A DNA stretch of 64,000 nt from an uncultured cyanobacterium (GTDB lineage: Bacteria; Cyanobacteriota; Cyanobacteriia; CAKZMO01), in the NCBI GenBank assembly GCA_963719515.1, contig CAVRCJ010000006.1:384001-448000 (forward strand), given 5' to 3'. The translations under genes and the position numbers were made by a program. A model generated the notes under the pieces. The model saw only the letters and a program-made list of their open reading frames with translations. It searched no databases and had not been told where the DNA came from. Of this stretch, positions 50,445-59,319 are shown piece after piece. Every line of letters starts with the position of its first letter. Position 1 is the stretch's first letter.

Positions 50445-50840
50445 TTACAAAGACGCTCGGGGGCGCGATCGCACAAGATAGCGCAGCACTTGCCCTTCGG
50501 CTTGGGTGATGGTAAGGCCCCGCTCACCGATGGCGATGTGGGGCGTCCACAGACGGTGCTCGACGTAGCGCAACAGGTGCAGCCGCTCCACAGCGGCGTC
50601 TACGCCTTGGGGCGAGCCAATGAGGAAGTGGTGCAGATATTCGTAGGCGGCGTCGGTGGGAGTGGCGAGCCTGAGGCTGGGAGGCGCACCGGCATCGTCG
50701 GGCCTTAAAGCACCGCCGGGGTGAGTTTCGCCTGCAGGGCTACAGCCGTTAGCTGAATCTGCGGGCAAACCCTGCCTTTGGGGCATAGCGCTCTGTGCCG
50801 TCTCTTGGGGAGACGACGGCTGGTTGTATTGAGATAACAT
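50445..50840 (-). CDS. hypothetical protein
   Basis: AAGGAG RBS before ATG 50840; C-terminal HHFLIGSP.GV...LH.LRYV...W segment. Confidence 0.7.
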   Translation of the reverse strand: MLSQYNQPSSPQETAQSAMPQRQGLPADSANGCSPAGETHPGGALRPDDAGAPPSLRLATPTDAAYEYLHHFLIGSPQGVDAAVERLHLLRYVEHRLWTPHIAIGERGLTITQAEGQVLRYLVRSRPRASL

Positions 50841-50842
50841 GA

Positions 50843-51003
50843 GGGACTCCTTACGGTTTCGGTTGGAGTCCCCCAAGACCGATCATCCGCGACGTTTTGG
50901 GTTGGGGATGACGTGGGTAATAATTACCTCAGGCCTTCCCGACAGCCACATCCTGCCGTGGGGGCTTAGGGGCTACGTGTTGCTCGTAACAACACGCAGC
51001 TCC
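50843..51003 (-). promoter_or_regulatory. structured 5' leader with RBS-sequestering hairpin
   Basis: GGGACTCC/GGAGTCCC (50843-50872) covers the RBS; further stems at 50883-50911, 50916-50928 and 50969-51003. Confidence 0.55.
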
Positions 51004-51473
51004 GCCCAGACCGAATTCTTGGGAGACTGAGCCATGGGGTCCACAGCTCTAGCCACACAGAACAGGTCATCTGCGCTGCTATGGCAAGAGGGCGGCTGGT
51101 ATTTTGGGAGCATGGGTAGGGCGAACAGTTGTCCAGCCTACCTGGCCGAGCGAGGGCGACGAAGCACCGGAAACTTTGAGCCCGCAGCCGCTCTCTCTGT
51201 GGACAGCGATCGCCAGACGTAGGACCAGGCGGGTGAGTCTGACGGTTTGGCTGAGCTGGGTAAAAGCATTGACCTTAAGACGTTATTGCTCTTCCGCTTG
51301 GAGATGGCGGCGCGACGGTGTTGGGCTCTCTGCCTCTGCTGGTGCCGGGTTCTTACGCCTAGCCTCTGGCGCAGTTAAGGACTAATCTCAGCCCAATTGA
51401 CCAATCGTTCGGACTATGTGGTCTCCTGGCTCAGACGTATAAACTGCTAAATATCTTACGCGAGGCGATTCTA

Positions 51474-52142
51474 ATGCGGGTTTCTATACTGTGGCTGGGC
51501 TTGACGGCGCTGATGGTGGCAGGGGCGATCGCCCCTCGTGCGGTGGCGCAGTCTGAAGAGGATGAGATGCTGCTTCAAGTCGAGGGCGTGTTAGAAGAAG
51601 GGGACCGGGTTTCTCCCGATGACGGAAGTTTTTATGACACCCACTCCTTTGAAGGGCAGGCAGGGCAGACCGTGTTGATCATGATGGAGAGTGACGAGTT
51701 TGACACTTATTTACTCTTGGCAGATGCGCAGCAGAGACTGGTCGCTCGCAACGACGACCTAAACAGGACAACAACCAATTCGGGCATTGTAGCGACGCTG
51801 CCGCAAGATGGCAGCTATATCGTCGTTGCCAATGGCTTGAATGCAGAGAACCAAGGGCGATATCAGCTCACGGTGCAGGCGGTAGAAGCGCCACCAGCTG
51901 AAACAAGCGTGCCGGAAGCGCCACCAGCTGAGACAGAGGCACCAGAAGCACCATCGGCTGAAATAGGCGTGCCAGGCGTGCCGGAAGTGCCACCGGCTGA
52001 AACAGAGGAACCAGAGGGACCAGAGGGACCAGAGGAACCAGAGGAACCAGAAGCACCATCAGCTGAAATAGGCGTGCCGGAAACGCTACCGGCTGAAACC
52101 GATGCACCGGAAATGCTGCCGGCTGAGACAGAACAGCGCTAG
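51474..52142 (+). CDS. secreted PPC-domain protein with Pro/Glu-rich repeat tail
   Basis: Signal peptide; F.GQAGQ.V.I...S.EFDTYL.L...NDD...LPQDGSY; repeated E(A/V)PPAET units from about 51885. Confidence 0.85.
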   Translation: MRVSILWLGLTALMVAGAIAPRAVAQSEEDEMLLQVEGVLEEGDRVSPDDGSFYDTHSFEGQAGQTVLIMMESDEFDTYLLLADAQQRLVARNDDLNRTTTNSGIVATLPQDGSYIVVANGLNAENQGRYQLTVQAVEAPPAETSVPEAPPAETEAPEAPSAEIGVPGVPEVPPAETEEPEGPEGPEEPEEPEAPSAEIGVPETLPAETDAPEMLPAETEQR

Positions 52143-52438
52143 GAGCTTCAGGAGGTTAGATTCGGGCGATCGCGCTCTTAGCTCAATTCATAGCATCGGC
52201 CCCTTCACTGAGGCCATTCCTGGCGTTAAACCAAAAACCCCAAGTGAAGGGGTGCGGCGATCGCCCGTCGATGAGTAAGCTCCAATCTGGGCCGGGTCCC
52301 AATCACCCATTGGTCTAGCCTTCAAACCTACGTTTCACAGGTTGGTGGATAGAAAAAGGTATCTTATCAGATACCCTGATGGGGAAAGCTTGATGCACAA
52401 CCTCCTCGCCGACAAAGTCCAATCCGACGAGATGGACC

Positions 52439-53185
52439 ATGACTGACCCCATCCCCACCGACATTCTTCAGGAATGCGATCGCCTCAAAACCCAGCTCGA
52501 CGCCCTCCGCCCCCTAGACCCCGCCCTCCTCAAAAACCTCCGAGAACTCTACACCGTCCGCCTCACGCACAACTCCACCGCCATCGAAGGCAACACCCTT
52601 ACTGAAACCGAAACTCAAATCGTCCTCGAAAAAGGCATCACCATCGGCGGCAAACCCCTTCAAGACCACCTAGAAGTGGTCAACCACGCCGAAGCCATCG
52701 ACTACATGCGCGACCTCGCCCAGACCAGCACCCCCATCACCCAATGGGAAGTTCGCCAAATGCATAGCTTGGTGTGCAAAGGAGATAAGCAGGCGGGAGC
52801 CTACCGCACCGTCAATGTCATGGCCGCAGGCACCAACTACCGGTATCCTAACGCCATCCAGGTGCCCGATCTGATGGCCGACTTCGGCACCTGGCTCGCT
52901 CACCCCCACCCCCTACATCCAATTGAAATTGCCACCGAACTCCATGCCCGTTTGGTCACCATTCACCCCTTCACCGACGGCAACGGCAGAGTCGCTCGCC
53001 TCCTAATGAACCTACACCTGCTGCGAACCGGCTACCCAATTGCCGTTGTCCAAGCCACTGACAGAGCCGCTTATATTGATGCTGTCGTCGCCTGGCAAGC
53101 CGGTCACACCAAACTCTTACTCGGTTTAGTGGCCGACTGCGTAAAAGCCTCAGCGATCGAAATCCTCGGTCTAGTGAATGGCTAA
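52439..53185 (+). CDS. Fic-domain AMP-transferase, class II (autoinhibited)
   Basis: Canonical HPFTDGNGRVAR; N-terminal inhibitory motif STAIEGN. Confidence 0.92.
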   Translation: MTDPIPTDILQECDRLKTQLDALRPLDPALLKNLRELYTVRLTHNSTAIEGNTLTETETQIVLEKGITIGGKPLQDHLEVVNHAEAIDYMRDLAQTSTPITQWEVRQMHSLVCKGDKQAGAYRTVNVMAAGTNYRYPNAIQVPDLMADFGTWLAHPHPLHPIEIATELHARLVTIHPFTDGNGRVARLLMNLHLLRTGYPIAVVQATDRAAYIDAVVAWQAGHTKLLLGLVADCVKASAIEILGLVNG

Positions 53186-53310
53186 CGAATAGCGCTTAAA
53201 CGAGGCTTAATCGTCTGAAAATGCCCCGACGATATCCCAACAGTGACTGGCGGGACAGCCTTCTCAGCGGGCACACTGGTCAAGTACAGTGTCACCCAAG
53301 GTTCCTGAAC

Positions 53311-53652
53311 ATGAGATTTCTAGTCCAGCTGATTGGGTTCGCCCTCATGCTCCTCGGCGTCTACTTTCTCGGGCGCAACATCGTCTTCACCACTAACGTC
53401 TATCCGTACTTTTGGCGTGGCCTCTCCGCCGATCTGTCGGTACTTTGCCTCGTTCTAGGCGTCGTCTGGCTGCTGATCATGCCCATCGGCGCGAGACACT
53501 TCGGCTGGGTCTTCCTGATCGCCGGTATCGTCTTTGTCTTCGGCAGCAGTCGCGCCATTCTCAACCCCACCAGCCTGTGGCAGTTCTTTGTTGCCTTTGC
53601 CGCCATGGCGTCAGGCTACAAAATGCTAGCGACCGGGCGATCGCCATTCTAG
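53311..53652 (+). CDS. small 4-TM membrane protein
   Basis: Four hydrophobic segments. Start placed at MRFLVQ. Confidence 0.7.
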   Translation: MRFLVQLIGFALMLLGVYFLGRNIVFTTNVYPYFWRGLSADLSVLCLVLGVVWLLIMPIGARHFGWVFLIAGIVFVFGSSRAILNPTSLWQFFVAFAAMASGYKMLATGRSPF

Positions 53653-53805
53653 AAACAGTTAGATTCGTGGTCCAAAAAGCGATCGCTCAATCGGGAAACT
53701 GAGCCAGCAGATCCTTACCGGAGATAATTGTCGAAGTGAACATAAAGTCGCGATTTGACCGGTAGCGCGGGTCGGTTTTGATCATCGCCGTGTGGCTAGT
53801 GCAGC

Positions 53806-56800
53806 CTAGGCGATCGCCGATTCTCGGTCGCCTGTGGAATGCTCGTCTAAGGCCAGTTCGTCCTGCGCCACAGCCTGGTGCTCCCGCCAATAATCAAACT
53901 TCGTAGTATCGATATGCTCCACAATGCCGCCTAGCTGCCGCACCTGCTGCACCATGTCGTCTGTGCCGCCGGGGCCGTCGCCCCCCTGCCCGTCCCACAG
54001 CACAAGCAGCCGCATGCAGTCAATCCGGTGAGTGAGGGCGTTGTACAGCGTCCAGCGGTTGTTGCGGCTGTAGATATCCTCCCCATCTGGAACCTTGCCC
54101 AGCCGCTCGGGCTGTAGGTGAATCGTCGCGTCCGGGTGGTTGGCGATCGCGTAGAAGCGCTCCACCCAGCGATCGCCCGCAAAATTCACAGAGTCTTGAA
54201 TAAAGCCTGGAGGGTCAAAGGGGAGATAGATATCGGCCACCATGCCGCGAGCCAGGCAGGACTCTAAAAAGAGAATGTCGCCGCCGCAGGCGATGCCGCC
54301 GCAGATGGCCCTGCAGCCCGACTGAGCGCCCAAACGCTCTAGCACCGCCTCAATGCGCCGCTTGGCTTCCGGCTCCATGGTGGCCGGAAAGCGAGGCTTA
54401 GGCCGACTGGGGCTATCGATCATGTGGCCGGAGAACATAAATACGGGGGCGGCGGTGTCTCCGTCGCCCTCCTCAATCGTGGTGCTGTTGAACCGACGCA
54501 GCTCTTCGTCTAGTACGGTGCGGCCCGCCTCCACATACTCGGGGCGAAATTCCAGCAGGTGCAGCAGATACAGCTGATCCAAAATCGATTGGAGGGCAAA
54601 CTTTTGGTTCCACAGCGCCGTTAGGGCCTTTTTGTAGGCGATCGCCACCTGTATGGGCTCAGACGCGACGCACACCGCGAGGTCTCCCAGGGACGAGGCC
54701 GCCCAAAAGTCCTTGGGGTGGTTTTGCATCTGGCTGCGCAGGCAGAACTCCACCGCCCCCTTGAGGTCCATCATCTGCTGTCGGTAGGCCGCTTCGTCGG
54801 GGTCACCCGTCGGCCCTACCCGCTCCGCTAAGCTGTCCAGCACCGCCGTCAGCATAAAGGCGTTGATGCCAGGGTAATAAGAGTTTTGGTTGAGCCGGAA
54901 GGCGCGCAGGTAGTTTTCAATCGCCTTTTGCAAAAAGTGGGAGGCGTCGTAGGCGGCTTTGATGCGCAGCTCGGCCTCTTCTAAATGGAACCACTTGTCT
55001 TTCCATAGGTCTTTATAGATCCGAGCCAGATAGGCCATGGCCTGGGTGTGATTGGGCTCGTCCTCCAGCAGCGCCTCCAGCTTCACGATGGCCTCGTTGG
55101 GCTGATGCAGGCGGCTGAGGTGGTAGGCCTCCTCGCAGCGAAACTCGACGTTTTCTGGGTTAATGTCTAGCCCTTGTCGGTACTGCTTCAGGGCCAAAGC
55201 AGAGTTCCCCGTATCCCGCAGCACTTTTCCGGCGTAGGCCAGCACGTCTTCTTTCACCAATGGATTTTTCACTTCTTCGGTGAGCAGCAGCACATCGCCG
55301 ATGCGCTTTTGCCGTTGGGCGACCTGCAGCCGCTGCTGCAGACTGGTGTACTCTTCCCAGTAGCCGGTGGCTAGAGGGGTGCGCAGGGTCTTGCGGTCAG
55401 GCTCTATCAAGCCATCCAGCAGGTTGAAGATGGGGCTGTGAATGGCGTTGCGGTCCGACTCCCAGGTGGCAAGCAGGGTGCTGATAATGGCCTGCTTATC
55501 TTTTTTGAGGTGGGCGGGATCAGGACAGCCGCTGTCATCGCAGTGGTAGGGGATGGTGCGCACGTTGAAGATGTCGAAGGGCATGTAGGCCCGTCCGGAT
55601 TGGATGTGGACGATGCCCCGCTTGCGCATGGCGTGGCGGATGCCCAGCTCGTAGTAAACGTTGGCATTGTCGATGCTTAGGTCCGCAATCACCAGGTCCG
55701 CCAGCAGCAGCTCTTGGAACATATCGGTGAGGATGTCGCCGCTGGCGGATTCTTCGTCGGCGCGAAAGGGTTCGAATCGCGCCTCTAGCAGAGCGGGTTT
55801 GATCAAATCGCTGTAGATGCGGTCGAAGTCAATCCAGCTGCCATCGGCTGCCTGCTTACGGCCAAAGGGCATCACGACAAAAGCGTGGGGAGCTCCCCGA
55901 GGCACGGTGGGCAGCTCTGTAGGCACGGGGGCGGGGACAGGGGCGGGCAGAGGCGCAGGCTCTTCTACGACCACCGCTGCAGGCACGTTGGGCGGCACCG
56001 CATCGACGCTCTTGTCGTCGTCGGCCTGAGGTGGCGCGTCCTCGGTATCGGTGAAGCCGACGTCCACCGTGATCGGCGTGATCTCAGGTTCTGTCCCTTG
56101 AGGGACCTGGTCAAGTTCAACGGGGGTGGCGGTGGCGGCCTGCAGCAGCGTCTGGTCCGTATCGTCTAGCTCGGGAATGCCTGAGGGCTGGCCCGTCAGC
56201 AGCGCCTCAGTCGCCACAACCAGCTGAAAAAATTGGGAGCCCGTGCGCTCGTCTGGCATCAGCCCCAGCCAGCGATTGCGAATTAGCATTAGCTCTAGCC
56301 GCCGCTGCGTCGCCGCCTCCAGGGTCGCGGTTAGGCCAGAGATGTCAATCCACAGCCCCACCGCCAGGCTCGCTGCCAGAGGCAAGGCGGCCCACAGCCT
56401 GAAGGGACTGGCCAGCACCAGCAGTAAAATGCTGCAGCCCCCCAAGAGCACCACTACCACCCACAGCACCTGCTGCTGGCGCTGCAGCCCAGCCACCTGC
56501 CGCGCCAGCTGAGAAATTTGCGGGTCAAGGCGTTCTGTCAAGTAGCCTTCTGCCAGCAGGTCGGGGTAGCTCTCGCGGGACGCCGCCTTTGTCATTAGCA
56601 GAACTCCGGTGGGAGCCACCTGCTGCTGCACTTGCTCTACCTGGCAAGTTAGCCAATGATGTCGCTGCGGGATCTTTTGCAGCACGGTACGGTAGAGATA
56701 AATAGCCCGCCCTAGGGTCTCGGTAGCGCTCTGCAGGGCTGCCCAGGACCGCCGCTCTCGCATTTGGCTGGCGCTGACAAACAGCATTACGGCGGCGATC

Positions 56801-57048
56801 GCCAGCCCAATCGCGCCCACGCTGAGACCCAACGCCGAAGATGCCTTAGGGGAAGACAGCAGCGCCAAGAAAATTGCCCCTAACAGCAGCGTCATCCAAG
56901 CCGCTTGGACGAGCAGATATTTTCGAAAGGAGTCGCGACCGCTCTTTTGAAGCTGGATATAGAGCTGCCAAGCATCGGCCAACAGTGAGGAATCGGAGGG
57001 GCGATGGCGTTGCGTCATAGGTGTTGAAGGTGAGAAGGGTAGCTGCAT
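53806..57048 (-). CDS. tandem SLATT (4 TM) + DRHyd/NDT-like + DUF4071/TPR-S + SLOG-like protein
   Basis: Two 2-TM modules (W..LQSATE.L..AIYLY; YLTERLDPQI); AFVVMPFG...DLVIADLSIDNANVYYELGIRHA; TPRs with YYPGINA and DFWAASSLGD; FSGHMID...ACGGDILF...LWDG.GGDGPGGT.DMV. Confidence 0.85.
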   Translation of the reverse strand: MQLPFSPSTPMTQRHRPSDSSLLADAWQLYIQLQKSGRDSFRKYLLVQAAWMTLLLGAIFLALLSSPKASSALGLSVGAIGLAIAAVMLFVSASQMRERRSWAALQSATETLGRAIYLYRTVLQKIPQRHHWLTCQVEQVQQQVAPTGVLLMTKAASRESYPDLLAEGYLTERLDPQISQLARQVAGLQRQQQVLWVVVVLLGGCSILLLVLASPFRLWAALPLAASLAVGLWIDISGLTATLEAATQRRLELMLIRNRWLGLMPDERTGSQFFQLVVATEALLTGQPSGIPELDDTDQTLLQAATATPVELDQVPQGTEPEITPITVDVGFTDTEDAPPQADDDKSVDAVPPNVPAAVVVEEPAPLPAPVPAPVPTELPTVPRGAPHAFVVMPFGRKQAADGSWIDFDRIYSDLIKPALLEARFEPFRADEESASGDILTDMFQELLLADLVIADLSIDNANVYYELGIRHAMRKRGIVHIQSGRAYMPFDIFNVRTIPYHCDDSGCPDPAHLKKDKQAIISTLLATWESDRNAIHSPIFNLLDGLIEPDRKTLRTPLATGYWEEYTSLQQRLQVAQRQKRIGDVLLLTEEVKNPLVKEDVLAYAGKVLRDTGNSALALKQYRQGLDINPENVEFRCEEAYHLSRLHQPNEAIVKLEALLEDEPNHTQAMAYLARIYKDLWKDKWFHLEEAELRIKAAYDASHFLQKAIENYLRAFRLNQNSYYPGINAFMLTAVLDSLAERVGPTGDPDEAAYRQQMMDLKGAVEFCLRSQMQNHPKDFWAASSLGDLAVCVASEPIQVAIAYKKALTALWNQKFALQSILDQLYLLHLLEFRPEYVEAGRTVLDEELRRFNSTTIEEGDGDTAAPVFMFSGHMIDSPSRPKPRFPATMEPEAKRRIEAVLERLGAQSGCRAICGGIACGGDILFLESCLARGMVADIYLPFDPPGFIQDSVNFAGDRWVERFYAIANHPDATIHLQPERLGKVPDGEDIYSRNNRWTLYNALTHRIDCMRLLVLWDGQGGDGPGGTDDMVQQVRQLGGIVEHIDTTKFDYWREHQAVAQDELALDEHSTGDRESAIA

Positions 57049-57224
57049 AGGGCTGTGGGAGAGCGGTAGCTCCTATTTAGAGTGCTACTGTTTAGCCCGA
57101 CCACAGTGACGTTACTGAACTTCTAAGGCGGAGCCTCCCGCAGTTGGGATTCGCCGATAAATTACCTGCACCCTTTTCGCTTGTTTGTTAGGACACTGAC
57201 TTTAGCAGCATCCCCTTAGACCGC

Positions 57225-57407
57225 TTAATGCCCCGCCATCTTTTGAATGACCGACGTTTGCTGCTCAATCACTGAGGTCTGCTGTTGAGATAGCGCAATC
57301 AGAGACGCAATTGATTCCTGCTGCACCAGCTGCAGCGATCGCAGCTCGCTGATCTCTTGCCTTAGGGACTGAATTTGAGCCTGTACGTCGTCTTGAGAAA
57401 ATTCCAT
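57225..57407 (-). CDS. small coiled-coil protein (60 aa)
   Basis: Heptad Q/L/I pattern; lies between the two SLATT genes on the same strand. Confidence 0.6.
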   Translation of the reverse strand: MEFSQDDVQAQIQSLRQEISELRSLQLVQQESIASLIALSQQQTSVIEQQTSVIQKMAGH

Positions 57408-57458
57408 AGTTGTCCCAAACCTGTTGGTTATTTTACATAAAGCCAGCGGCGACGCGTG

Positions 57459-58880
57459 CTAAGCCACGATGCGCGCCTTGGCCCGGTCGATGTACTTAGA
57501 GAATACATCCCAGCCATGGTAGCCGCCATTGACTAGCTTACGTACGCGCCGCCAGTCTCCGGCCCGGGCCGCTGTCGCGACGCCCCGGTCTTTGAAGTAG
57601 CAGGCCAGCACTTTAGCCGAAACTTCAGGATCCATCGCCAGATCGGGGTTGTTTTCTAAGTCAACGCCGAGCTTTTTACCGTAGGTGCGGTAGTTTGCCC
57701 GGCCCGTCAGCTGAATATAGCCCCGCCCGTGGTAGCGAACCCCATCGCCGGGGTGAATATTCCCCAGATCTTTGCGGCCTTCGTAGCGTTTCCAGTATTT
57801 CTCCCCCCCCCATTCATGAACGGGTTTCATTCCCGAGGTTTCGACGCGGATAGTGGCTAGCATGCCGATGAGCACGTGTTTGTCGAGGATGTCGTAGTCC
57901 TGCAGCGCCGCGAGAATGCCGGGAAGATACTTGCGGCAGTCTTCTAGCGGGCATTCCAGCACTTGCGACACCTCTTCCGCTGTTGCCAGCTGGGGCACTG
58001 AAGCTACGGCCCCATTTCCGCTACGGATTCTCTGGCCGGCTCCATTGCCATTGGCTACTGGCTTTGTCTGGTTCACAAGCGCCCGAAGCGCGTCGAGATC
58101 AACCTCCTCTTCCCAGGGCATCGCCGCAGCCCCCAGTGGCGGCAGCCCCTTCAACGGGTCTAGGCCATTGGGGGCTGCGGTCCCGTTTGCTACCGGCTCG
58201 CTGGCGTCGCCATCAGAAGAATGGGCCAGTCTTTGGCGTTCCTCTAACTGTCGGCGCTCTTCTAGCTGCTGCGCTCGCTCGAGCTGGACGTTAACGTTTC
58301 GCAGGGCGGCCTCGGCATTGAGCTGGGCCTCTTTAGCTGCGAGTTTATCTTCGTCCTGCTTTTCGTCTAAGCGAGCGAGGAATCCTTGGACATCCTGCTG
58401 GATGTATTGCTCGACGCGATTGGCAAAAGCGGTGTAGGCCTCGCTGTGGCTTTCAAACTGGTGATAGGGACCGGAGAGCTGGAAAAACTGCCACCCTTCA
58501 ATCTTCATCCCCTCCGCCGTGTTGCGGTAGTCACGGTATTTGTCGCCGTGGCCGAAGAACTCCTCCACCGCCGCCGAAACGGCAACGATCTGACTGAGCC
58601 CCAAAGCCGTCCATCCGACAGCGTTTTGAAAGCGCTGGTTTTCTTCGCCGGGACTGCGGAAGCTGATTAGCGCCGGCACTAAAACGCCGCCGACAATGGT
58701 GATCATTCGTAGGGTATGGTGGCGGTTGCGCTCTTTAGTGGCCCGGCCCTCTAGCCACATCAGCTGATCCAGCCAGCGATTTTTGAGAAACTCTTTGCGC
58801 AACTCGGAGATATCTAGACGATCGACGATACCGCCCAGGGTGTTCTTGAGATAGTTTCGGTAGTCATTCTTCTTGCCCAT
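57459..58880 (-). CDS. DUF4231/SLATT 2-TM domain fused to a GH19 lysozyme-like domain
   Basis: RWLDQLMWLE, two TMs, YRDYRNTAE.MK.E; coiled coil; ATIRVETS, YEGRKDLGN..PGDG.RYHGRGYIQLTGRANY, VNGG. Confidence 0.88.
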   Translation of the reverse strand: MGKKNDYRNYLKNTLGGIVDRLDISELRKEFLKNRWLDQLMWLEGRATKERNRHHTLRMITIVGGVLVPALISFRSPGEENQRFQNAVGWTALGLSQIVAVSAAVEEFFGHGDKYRDYRNTAEGMKIEGWQFFQLSGPYHQFESHSEAYTAFANRVEQYIQQDVQGFLARLDEKQDEDKLAAKEAQLNAEAALRNVNVQLERAQQLEERRQLEERQRLAHSSDGDASEPVANGTAAPNGLDPLKGLPPLGAAAMPWEEEVDLDALRALVNQTKPVANGNGAGQRIRSGNGAVASVPQLATAEEVSQVLECPLEDCRKYLPGILAALQDYDILDKHVLIGMLATIRVETSGMKPVHEWGGEKYWKRYEGRKDLGNIHPGDGVRYHGRGYIQLTGRANYRTYGKKLGVDLENNPDLAMDPEVSAKVLACYFKDRGVATAARAGDWRRVRKLVNGGYHGWDVFSKYIDRAKARIVA

Positions 58881-59319
58881 ATGCCTTTAATCCCAAGTGC
58901 TTATCGTTAAACTAGCGCAATTGTGAAGGGCGATCGCGCTCCAGCGCGTTTGCGTAGAACATCCGAGCTGTAGATGGTCCGACGGTTTTCGCCGAACTTC
59001 GCAAATACTGCAGGAAAGTCACAAAAATTCACGTCTTCAAAATCTTAAAAAGTGAAACCTGCTTTAGAGAATCAATACCTAAAAATACGCTGCTCCACTA
59101 AAAATCTCAAGCGGCTGCAGATATTTCCATGAACTTACGTTTCGATGCTTTAGGGGTATTTACCAAAACTTTATTTCGCTCAGGCTATAGTGCAAATATC
59201 TTGCTTTGCCTTGAGGCCGCCTTCCTCGAGGCTAGAGCCAGGATTATTGCCCAGAACGGTGTAATAAGCCGTGCTAATGCGGGCGATTGTGCAACTACCG
59301 CTTAGGCTCCCCAATCGTC

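Noticed and set aside
51034..51385. ORFs 51034-51222 and 51104-51385
   Set aside because: No motif, no clear RBS, and conflicting frames.
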